A model generated the notes under the pieces. The model did no database searches and was not told the origin of the DNA. It saw only the letters and a list, made by a program, of their open reading frames with translations. Below, one piece after another: positions 55,823 to 64,000 of a stretch of 64,000 nt of DNA (the first letter of the stretch is position 1; the number at the start of each line of letters is the position of its first letter). Both the position numbers and the translations under genes were made by a program. The stretch comes from an uncultured Verrucomicrobiae bacterium (GTDB taxonomy: Bacteria > Verrucomicrobiota > Verrucomicrobiia > Chthoniobacterales > JAATET01). The stretch covers positions 1,925,218 to 1,989,217 of the forward strand of contig CAVXHK010000001.1 of NCBI GenBank assembly GCA_963761705.1, in the 5' to 3' direction.

Positions 55823-56961
55823 GGGGTTCTCGCGCGGAGGCGCGCAGTCGCGGAGGATTTTTGATGGGTTTGCTGCTTCCCGCCGTTTGTCTCGTGGGAT
55901 GTGGGAAAAGTGGGCCGGGCACCGAATCGGAGGTGACGCTGACGCCGGTGGAGGTGGTGGTGCTGGAGGCGGCGGGGAGCTATCCGGTGCGGGAGGAGTT
56001 TGTCGGGGTTGTGGAGGCGCGGCGGCGGGCGAATCTGGCGTTTGAGGTGGCGGGGACGGTGACGGGAGTGCGGGTAGACGAGGGCGATGCGGTGGAGGCC
56101 GGGGAGGAATTGGCGGCGATCGACACGGCGCGGCTCAAGTCGCAGCGGGCGGAATTGGCGGCGGGTATCGGGGAGGCGCGGGCGACGCTCAAGCGGGCGG
56201 CGGCGGACTTCGAGCGGAATCAGAAATTGCGGGCGTCGCGGGTGATCGAGGCGCAGCAGATGGATCAGATCGAGGAGGGGTTTCGGACGGCTGAGGCCAA
56301 CGTGCGCCGGACGGAGGCTCGGCTGGAGAGCTTGGAGGTGGATCTGGCGAAGAGTGCGGTGTTGGCGCCGTTTGCGGGGACGATTGCGCGGCGGATGATT
56401 GATGAGGGGGCGGTGGTGTCACCGAATCAGGTCGTCTTCGAATTACTGGAATCGGGGGTGCTCGAGGTGAGGGCGGCGTTGGCTGGGGAGGCGCTGACGG
56501 GGTTGCGGGTCGGCGATGCGGTCACCGTCGCGGTCGGCGGCGAGGTGCGGGAATTTCCGGTGGAGCGGATCCTTCCGCAGCGGGATGCGCGGACGCGGAC
56601 GGTCGATGTGATCCTCGCGGTGCCGGGGGAGTTGGAGGTGCGCGATGGGGATCTGGTGACGGTGCGGCGGGACCGGGACGTGGCGGCGGACGGATTTTTT
56701 CTGCCGCGGGACAGTTTGACGGAGAGTTCGCGGGGGTTGTGGGCGTGTTTTGTGGCGGAGCCGAATGGCGGGTCGGGTGAGTTGACGCTGGATCGGCGGG
56801 ACGTGGAGGTTCTCCACGAATACGGGGATTACGTATTTGCCCGGGGGGCGATCGCGGAGGGTGATCAGGTGGTGGCGGGGGGGCTGCAGAAGGTGGCGCC
56901 GGGTCAGAGGGTGAAGGTCATGAAGAGTGAATCGCTGGGTGGGTTGCCTTCGGGGTCATGA
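55819..56961 (+). CDS. Efflux RND periplasmic adaptor (MFP)
   Basis: 380 aa. Lipoprotein-like start (LLLPAVCLVGCG), then coiled-coil hairpin and beta-barrel regions. 4-nt overlaps with both neighbours. Confidence 0.8.
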   Translation: MRGSRAEARSRGGFLMGLLLPAVCLVGCGKSGPGTESEVTLTPVEVVVLEAAGSYPVREEFVGVVEARRRANLAFEVAGTVTGVRVDEGDAVEAGEELAAIDTARLKSQRAELAAGIGEARATLKRAAADFERNQKLRASRVIEAQQMDQIEEGFRTAEANVRRTEARLESLEVDLAKSAVLAPFAGTIARRMIDEGAVVSPNQVVFELLESGVLEVRAALAGEALTGLRVGDAVTVAVGGEVREFPVERILPQRDARTRTVDVILAVPGELEVRDGDLVTVRRDRDVAADGFFLPRDSLTESSRGLWACFVAEPNGGSGELTLDRRDVEVLHEYGDYVFARGAIAEGDQVVAGGLQKVAPGQRVKVMKSESLGGLPSGS

Positions 56962-59900
56962 ATAAGTCGGGGAAGCCGGAGGATTTCCGTTGGCTGGGGA
57001 TCTTCTTCGATAACAAGTATCTGCTGGCGCTGACGATCGTGGTGACGTTGGTGGCGGGGGTTTCGGCGTTGTCAGGGTTGCCGCGGCTGGAGGATCCGGT
57101 GATCACGAACCGGAATCCGCTGATTTTGACGGTGTTTCCGGGGGCTTCGGCGGATCGGGTGGAGGCATTGGTGACGGAGAAAATCGAGACCGAGTTGGAC
57201 GACATCGACTCAATCAAGAACGTGACGAGCACGTCGCGGGCGGGGATTTCGATCGTGAGCGTGGAGTTGCTCGACGCGGTGACGAAGGCCGGTACGGACG
57301 CGATCTCGTCGGAGATCCGGGATGCGCTGGCGGATGCAGCGCGGACGTTTCCGCCGGAGGTGCCGGCCCCGTTCTTTGACGATAAGCGGAACCCGGTGGC
57401 TTACACGCTGATCGCGGCGGTGCGGTGGTCGGGCGCTGAACGGGGGGCGGAGAGTCTGGGGATCCTGTCGCGGCGGGCGGAGGATCTGGCGGACGGGCTG
57501 CGGAACGTGAGTGGGACGGAGCTGGTGCGGATCTACGGGGAGCCGGCCGAGGAGGTGACGGTGACGGTGGATGCGGAGGCATTGGCTCAGCGGGGGTTGA
57601 CGCCGACGGCCGTGGCGGAGGCGCTGCGGCGCGCGGATGCGAAGGTGCCGGCCGGGCAGATGCGCGGGGCGGACGCGACGCTGCTGGTCGAGGTGGCGGG
57701 GAAGATCGATTCGCTGGATCGCGTGCGGGAGGTGATCGTGCAGCAGGGGGACGGGGGGCGGACGGTTCGGGTCGGGGACGTGGCAGTCGTCGAGCGGGCG
57801 TGGCGGGATCCGCCGAGTCAGATTGCGTTCACCGATCGGCAGCGAACGGTGCTGGTCGCGGCTCGGGTGGCGGAGTCGCAGCGGGTGGACGTGTGGGACG
57901 GCGACGCGGGCCGGGTGCTGGACGAGTTCCGGCGGGCGACTGGCGGGGCGATCACGACGGACGTGGTGTTTCGGCAGAACGATTACACGGCGGCGCGGCT
58001 GGCGGAACTGGCGGGGAATCTGGCTCTCGGTGCGGCGGTGGTGCTGGCGGTGATTTTGTTCACGATGGGGTGGCGGCGGGCGCTGATCGTGCAGCTCGGC
58101 TTTGCCACTGACGGCGGCGGCGACGTTGTTCGTGATCTCGCTGCAGGGCGGGAAGCTCCACCAGATGTCGATCTTCGGGATGATCATCGCGATGGGGCTT
58201 CTCATCGATACGGCGATCGTGATCACGGATGAGATTCGGATCTACCTCGAGCGGGGGATGGGGCGGCGGGAGGCGGTGGTGGGCGCGCTGCGGCATTTGT
58301 TCGTTCCGCTGTTGTCCTCGACGCTCACGTCGGTGCTGGCGTTCCTGCCGATCCTGCTCCTGCCGGGGGGCGCGGGGGATTTTGTGGGTTCGATCGGCGG
58401 GAGTGTGATCGTGGCGATCACGGCTTCGTTCGTGCTTTCGGTGACGGTGATCGCGGCGCTGGCGGGGCTGTTTGCGGAGTTGCCGGGGGCGGAGCGGAAA
58501 CGGCGGACGCCGCGGTGGATGCGGGAAGGCGTGGAGGCGCGGTGGTTTGCCGGGCCGATGAGCCGGGTGATCCGGCTGGGGGTGCGGCGTCCGTGGATGG
58601 GGCTCGCGATGGGGGCGGCGCTGCCGATCGTGGGGTTTGTGGTGGCGCCGACGTTGGGAAGTCAATTTTTTCCGCGCACGGACCGGGACATGTTCACGGT
58701 GGAGGTGACGCTGCCGTCGGTGACTTCCATCGGGGAGACGACGCGGGTGATCGGGGAGGTCGAGGCGGCGATTCGCTCGTACGAGGGAGTCGAGCGGGTG
58801 CACTGGTTGGCGGGGGCGAGTTTCCCGCCGGTGTATTACAATCTGACTGAGAATCGGGACAACTCCTCAGAATACGCGATGGGGGTGATCGAGGTGGACG
58901 ACTTCGGGACGACGAGTGACTTGGTGCCGGAGCTGCAGCGGAGGTTGTCGGCGGAGATTCCGCGGGCGCGGGTGCTGGTGAAAAAGTTTGCCCAGGGGCC
59001 GCCGGCGAACGCGGACGTTGAGATCCGGCTACGGGGGCCGAGTGTGGGGGAACTGCAACGACTCGGGGATGAGGTGCAGCGGCGGCTGGCGGAACAGCCC
59101 GGGATCACGAACGCGGAGTCCACGCTGACGCGAGGGGAGCCGAAATTGTGGTTTCGGCCGGACGAGGCCGCGGCGCGGGCGGCGGGGTTGGAACCGACGG
59201 AGATCGCGGCCCAGCTCGAGGCGCACCTCGAGGGGATCGCGGGCGGGAGTTTGCTGGAGGCGGTCGAGGAATTGCCCGTGCGGGTGCGGTTGCCGAACGG
59301 TCGGCGGGAAACGGTCGCTGATATCGAAAACCTGCGGTTGGTTGGCGGCAACGGGGCGCTGGTGCCGCTGCGGGCGCTGGGTGGCTTCGAGCTGCGACCG
59401 GAGACCGGGGCGATCACGCGGCGAAACAGCGAGCGGGTGAACAACGTGCGGGGATACGCCGAGGCGGGGGCGCTGGCGATCGACATCACGGAGGAGGTGC
59501 TGGCCGATCTGGACGCTTCCGGGTTCCGGCTGCCGCCGGGCTATGAGCTGCAGGTCGGCGGGGAGTCGGAGAACCAGGCGGACGCAGTGGGGAATTTGCT
59601 GCTGTATCTGCCGGTGATCGTGACGTTGACGATCGCGACGCTGGTGTTGTCGTTCAACAGCGTGCGGATGGCGTTGATCCTGATCGCGGCGGCGGGATTG
59701 GCGGTGGGCTACGGACTGCTGGCGACGGGGGTGATGGGATTCCCGGTGAGCTTCAACACGATCCTCGGGTGCATCGGGTTGGTGGGGTTGGCGTTCAACG
59801 ACAACATCGTCGTGCTGGCGGCGATCCACGCGAATCCGAAGGCGCGCCGCGGGGATTGGGAGGAGATTGTGGCGGAGGTCAAGGGGTGCGGGCGGCATTT

Positions 59901-60129
59901 GATCAGCACGACGCTGACGACGATCGGGAGCTTTTTGCCGCTGTTGATTTTGGTGGGCGGGCAGTTCTGGCCGCCGTTGGCGATCGTGCTGGCGGGTGGG
60001 GTCGGTGGGGCGACGTTTCTGGCGGCGGTTTTCACGCCGGCGGCTTATCGGCTGATCGCGGCGCGGAAGTATCGCCGGGCGGTCGTCGAGGAACGGGTGG
60101 AACCAGCGGGTGCGTGTCCGGCGGGCTAA
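56958..60129 (+). pseudogene. Efflux RND permease (AcrB-like) interrupted by a +1 frameshift
   Basis: ORF 56958..58232 carries the N-terminal third up to ...FTMGWRRALIV. The conserved continuation LPLTAAATLFVISLQGGKLHQMSIFGMIIAMGLLIDTAIV is in ORF 58102..60129. The switch lies at about 58088-58104, at the run GGCTTTGCC. Confidence 0.8.
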
Positions 60130-60241
60130 TGAGCGGTGAGTCGGTGAGGGGGGCGGGGATTTCCTGATGGGCGCGGGAACGGACCGCACTGGTTTGGATT
60201 TCGCTTGAGGGTTGGAGCGGGGGGGGATGGGATGCCGGGCC

Positions 60242-60991
60242 ATGAAGGATTTGGCTTTTGGGGAGACGCGGACTCGGGTGGGATTACGCCACGCGTTGAT
60301 CGCGCCGGATGGACTGGTGCCGAGCGTGGTGCCGGGAATCGTGGGGGCGGTGGTGAACGTGGTGATCTCGCCGGCGATGGGGGCTGGGTTGACGCAGTTG
60401 CTGGTGACGTTCGAAAGCGGGGGGCGGGGGGAGTTTGATTCCGAGGAGGTCGAGTCGGCGCTTTACGTGATGGAGGGTGGATGCACGGTGCGGATCGGGG
60501 ATGGTTCAGACGTGTTGGGGGCGGGGGGATTTGCGTTCGTGCCGGCGGGGGTGCCTTGGGAACTGAGTGGCGCGGAGGCGGGGACGCGGGTGACGATTTT
60601 TCAGAAGGATTTTGAGGAGATCGAGGGGGTGGCGCGACCGGGCGTGGTGGTGGGTGACGCGGCGGACGTCGAGGCGGTGCCGTTTCTGGGTGACGAGGAT
60701 GCGATGTTGAAGGTGCTGTTGCCGGAGGGTGCGGAGTTCGATTTTGCGATGAACGTCTTCACGTATCGGTCGGGGGCGCGGCTGCCTTTCGTCGAGACTC
60801 ACGTGATGGAGCATGGGCTCGTGATGCTGGAGGGCGAGGGCGTTTACCGGCTGGAGGATTCGTGGTATCCGGTGCGGGCCGGGGATGCGATCTGGATGGC
60901 GCCGTATTGCCCGCAGTGGTTTGTGGCGATGGGGAAGGGGCCGGCGAGTTATCTTTACTGCAAGGACGTGAATCGAAACCCGATGGGGTGA
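60242..60991 (+). CDS. allE: (S)-ureidoglycine aminohydrolase-like bicupin
   Basis: Internal Met (MKDLAFGETRTRV...) of ORF 60212..60991. About 250-aa bicupin located next to allC-like and xdh genes. Assignment rests partly on context. Confidence 0.6.
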   Translation: MKDLAFGETRTRVGLRHALIAPDGLVPSVVPGIVGAVVNVVISPAMGAGLTQLLVTFESGGRGEFDSEEVESALYVMEGGCTVRIGDGSDVLGAGGFAFVPAGVPWELSGAEAGTRVTIFQKDFEEIEGVARPGVVVGDAADVEAVPFLGDEDAMLKVLLPEGAEFDFAMNVFTYRSGARLPFVETHVMEHGLVMLEGEGVYRLEDSWYPVRAGDAIWMAPYCPQWFVAMGKGPASYLYCKDVNRNPMG

Positions 60992-61009
60992 GCGGGAGGG
61001 GAGAGCGGA

Positions 61010-62233
61010 ATGAACAGATTGGACGACGAGATCGAGGAATTGGCGGGAATTTCTTCGTGGGAGGTGCCCGCGATCACGCGGGTGCTTTTTTCGCCGGAGG
61101 ATTTGCGGGCGCGGGAGTGGTTGGTGGGGAAATTCGAGGCTGCCGGTTTGGTGGTTCGTCGGGATGGGGTGGGGAACATTTTTGCCCGGTGGACGGGGAG
61201 TGAACCGGAGCTTCCGGCGGTGGCGACCGGGTCTCACATCGACGCGATCCCGAACGCGGGACGGTTCGACGGGGTGGTCGGGGTGTTGGGGGGACTGGAG
61301 GCGGTGAGGCGCTTGCAGGCCGAGGGATTTGCGCCGCGGCGCTCGATCGAGATCGTGATGTTCACGGCGGAAGAGCCGACGCGGTTTGGGTTGGGGTGCC
61401 TGGGGAGCCGGTTGCTAGCGGGCGCGCTGGACGTGGATCGGGCGGCTGGGTTGAAGGACGAGGAGGGAGCGACGCTCGAGGATCTGCGGGCGGCGGTCGG
61501 GTGTGAAGGGAGCCTGGAGGAGGTTCGGCTCGGGGCGGGATTTTACGAGGCGTTCGTGGAATTGCACATCGAGCAGGGGCCGATGCTGGAGCGGGAGGGG
61601 GTGGCGATCGGCGCGGTTGAAAAGATCGCGGCTCCGGCGGCATTTCGGGTTCGGATCGAGGGTGAGGGCGGGCACGCGGGGGCGGTGCTGATGCCGGTGC
61701 GCAAAGACGCGGGGTGCGCGGCGGCGGAGATGGTGCTGGCGGTGGAGCGGGCGGCGAGGGAGTCGGGGAGTCCGGACACGGTCGGGACGACGGGCGTGTT
61801 GCGGCTGGAGCCGGGGGCCATCAACAGCGTTCCGGTGCGGGCGACGTTGGAGATTGATCTGCGGGACACGAGTCTGGAGACGCGGGACGGGGCGGAGCGG
61901 GTGATCCGGACGGCGGCGGAGGAGGTCGCGACGAGGCGGGGAGTGCGGGTGGAGATTGAAACGATCAATTCGGATCCGCCGGCGATTTGTGACGGGGATC
62001 TGGTGGAATCAATTCTGGCCGTGGCCGACGGTGAGGGGCTGAGCGCGATGAGGATGATCAGTCGGGCGTATCACGATTCGCTGTTCATGGCGCAGATCTG
62101 TCCGACGGCGATGGTGTTCATTCCCTGCCGGAACGGATGGAGTCACCGACCGGATGAGTTCGCGAGTTCCGAGGCGATCGACGCCGGGGTGAGGGTTTTG
62201 GCGGGAGTGTTGCGGAAGTCGAGCGCGGCTTGA
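61010..62233 (+). CDS. allC: Allantoate amidohydrolase / N-carbamoyl-amino-acid hydrolase (M20 family)
   Basis: 407 aa with motifs GSHIDAIPNAGRFDGVVGV, FTAEEPTRFG, ELHIEQGP. The exact substrate cannot be told from the sequence. Confidence 0.7.
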   Translation: MNRLDDEIEELAGISSWEVPAITRVLFSPEDLRAREWLVGKFEAAGLVVRRDGVGNIFARWTGSEPELPAVATGSHIDAIPNAGRFDGVVGVLGGLEAVRRLQAEGFAPRRSIEIVMFTAEEPTRFGLGCLGSRLLAGALDVDRAAGLKDEEGATLEDLRAAVGCEGSLEEVRLGAGFYEAFVELHIEQGPMLEREGVAIGAVEKIAAPAAFRVRIEGEGGHAGAVLMPVRKDAGCAAAEMVLAVERAARESGSPDTVGTTGVLRLEPGAINSVPVRATLEIDLRDTSLETRDGAERVIRTAAEEVATRRGVRVEIETINSDPPAICDGDLVESILAVADGEGLSAMRMISRAYHDSLFMAQICPTAMVFIPCRNGWSHRPDEFASSEAIDAGVRVLAGVLRKSSAA

Positions 62234-62285
62234 GTTTTTGCTGATCCGGGGTTGGCATTGGGGGTGCTGCGGTTAGTTTCTGGAA

Positions 62286-64000
62286 ATGGAGGTAGATGAG
62301 TCGTTAGAGATCACCGTGAACGGGGCGGTTTGCCGCGTGGACGGGTGTTCGCCGGAGACGACTTTGCTGGAGTGGCTGCGGGAGTCGCGGGGATTGACGG
62401 GGACGAAGATGGGGTGCGCGGAGGGGGATTGCGGGGCTTGCACGGTGGCGCTGATCGAGCGGGGAGATGACGGCGGTCGGGTGGTGCGGTCGATTAATTC
62501 GTGCATTGCGCTGGTGCGGACGTTGGCGGGTCGGGAGATTCTGACGGTCGAGGGGTTGGCGCGGGGTGGGGAGCTGCACTCGGTGCAGCGGGCGATGGTG
62601 GAGTGCAATGGGTCGCAGTGTGGGTTCTGCACGCCGGGGTTCGTGATGTCGCTTTACGAGGGTTATGAGCGGGGGGTGCTGGGGGACGCTGCGAAGGTGG
62701 CGGATCAGATCGGCGGGAATCTCTGTCGATGCACGGGGTATCGGGCGATCGCGGAGGCGGCGGGGAATGCATTCTCGCGCGGAGACGCAGAGGCGCAGAG
62801 GAATGAGGGGGTCTCACGCGAGGGCGCGAAGGAGCGAAAGGATGGAATTCCGCTGGCGCGGTTGTTGGAGATTCGGGCGGAGCATCCTGAGGCGGTGCTG
62901 GTGGCGGGAGCGACAGAGGTCGGGGTGGAGGTGACGAAGCGGTTCCGGCGGTTGCCGATGGTGGTGTCGTTGGACGATGTGCCGGAGCTGAAGCGGTGTG
63001 AGCGGACGGCGGACGGGTGGCGGCTCGGGGCGGGGGCGACGTTGACGGAATTGGAGGATTTTCTTGGGGGGGAGTTGCCGATTTTCGACGAGATGCTGCG
63101 GTGGTTTGCTTCGCGGCAGATTCGGAACCGGGCGACGTTGGGGGGGAATCTGGTGACGGGTTCGCCGATCGGGGATTCGGCTCCGGTGTTGCTGGCGCTC
63201 GGGGCGTCGGTGGAGTTGGCGAGTGGGCGGGGGACGCGGATGATGGAGCTGGCGGAGTTTTTTCTGGGTTACCGGAAGACCGCGCTGGCGGTGGATGAGG
63301 TGATGACGGCGGTGTGGGTGCCGCGGGTGGGGGACGGAGCGCGGGCGGAGTTTTTCAAAGTTTCGAAGCGGCGGGAGATGGATATTTCGATCGTCTCGGC
63401 GGCTTTTGTGAGGGTTGGGGATGAGGTGCGTTGCGCGTTTGGCGGGGTGGCGGCGACTCCCGCTTTGGTGGTGGTGTCGCGGGCTGAAGGTGAGGATGAG
63501 GGAGAATTTGTGGAGCGGGTGGCGGGGGAATTGGCGGTGCGGTTCGAGCCGTTGACGGATGCGCGGGGGTCGGCGGCTTACCGGCGCGGACTGGTGGGGG
63601 ATCTGTGGAGGAAATTTGTTCTCACGCCGGGACGCCGGGACGGGGAGGATGAACGGGTCTCGATGCATCGATCTTCGCTGGGTGAAGAGCAGCCGCCCCA
63701 CGAGTCGGCGGTGGGGCACGTGACGGGGGCGGCGAAATACGTGGACGACATCGCGCTGTCGCGGGGGACGTTGACGATGTGGCCGGTCTGCTCGGAGCAC
63801 GCGCACGCCCGGATTCTGTCACTGGACGTCGAGGCGGCTCGCGCGATGCCGGGAGTGGCGGTGGTGCTGACGGCGGGGGACGTGCCGGGGGTGAATGACG
63901 TGGGGTGCTCGCGGCCGGATGAATCGCTTTTTGCTTCTGAGATCGTGGAGTTTCACGGTCACCTCCTCGCGATGGTGGTCGGCGAGTCGGAGGCGGCTTG
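62286..64000 (+). CDS. xdh: Xanthine dehydrogenase with Fe-S, FAD and the start of the molybdopterin domain in one ORF; 3' end beyond the window
   Basis: This ORF is not in the track because no stop falls inside the window. My own translation from ATG 62286 gives 2Fe-2S motifs (GCAEGDCGACTV, CNGSQCGFCTPGF, NLCRCTGY). It then gives the FAD domain (VAGATEVGVEV, LGGNLVTGSPIGDS). It continues without a stop into the XdhB-type N-terminus (PPHESAVGHVTGAAKYVDDI). Confidence 0.8.
   Translation, partial: MEVDESLEITVNGAVCRVDGCSPETTLLEWLRESRGLTGTKMGCAEGDCGACTVALIERGDDGGRVVRSINSCIALVRTLAGREILTVEGLARGGELHSVQRAMVECNGSQCGFCTPGFVMSLYEGYERGVLGDAAKVADQIGGNLCRCTGYRAIAEAAGNAFSRGDAEAQRNEGVSREGAKERKDGIPLARLLEIRAEHPEAVLVAGATEVGVEVTKRFRRLPMVVSLDDVPELKRCERTADGWRLGAGATLTELEDFLGGELPIFDEMLRWFASRQIRNRATLGGNLVTGSPIGDSAPVLLALGASVELASGRGTRMMELAEFFLGYRKTALAVDEVMTAVWVPRVGDGARAEFFKVSKRREMDISIVSAAFVRVGDEVRCAFGGVAATPALVVVSRAEGEDEGEFVERVAGELAVRFEPLTDARGSAAYRRGLVGDLWRKFVLTPGRRDGEDERVSMHRSSLGEEQPPHESAVGHVTGAAKYVDDIALSRGTLTMWPVCSEHAHARILSLDVEAARAMPGVAVVLTAGDVPGVNDVGCSRPDESLFASEIVEFHGHLLAMVVGESEAA

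Overview
The window is a GC-rich bacterial chromosome segment. The protein repertoire suggests Verrucomicrobiota/Opitutales, but that is a guess and unverified.

Most of it is ordinary core genome:
- glk, a MOSC protein and two sugar ABC permeases
- the rpmF-plsX-fabH operon, coaD, guaA, aat and hldD
- a GH57 branching enzyme, an MscK-like channel and a TetR-MFP-RND efflux operon
- a purine-catabolism cluster: allE, allC and a fused xdh that runs off the 3' edge and is missing from the ORF track

Two accessory zones stand out.

(1) About 7.8-19.4 kb is a plasticity zone bounded by direct and inverted copies of the fabH 3' terminus.
- It holds a 23-bp tandem array fused to a truncated GH1 gene, an IS110-family transposase gene and a carB fragment.
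- Two paralogous nucleotidyltransferase modules flank an AT-richer four-gene cassette at 12.7-16.8 kb: a tandem PD-(D/E)xK nuclease, an AIPR protein, a small ORF and a membrane-anchored protein.
- Two diverged copies of a ~118-nt self-complementary element sit in the leaders of the AIPR and membrane genes.
- This cassette is my best candidate for an undescribed defence-type system.

(2) About 36.0-40.3 kb is a nested insertion site next to a pspA / AAA+ ATPase pair.
- A 2.8-kb IS1-family-like element has 8-bp target duplications and cargo genes.
- Its cargo includes a hand-foldable ~240-nt structured non-coding region ending in a tRNA-shaped module with an Ala-type G3:U70 acceptor.
- An intact IS481-like element with 16-bp target duplications lies immediately after it.
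- A second, degenerate IS481-like element splits an AI-2E transporter gene at 4.9-6.3 kb.

Several genes carry frameshifts or truncations: the RND pump, a DJ-1/PfpI gene, a DUF900 hydrolase, GH1 and carB.

All calls rest on reading the sequence and ORF track by eye and on recalled family motifs. No searches or computations were run.
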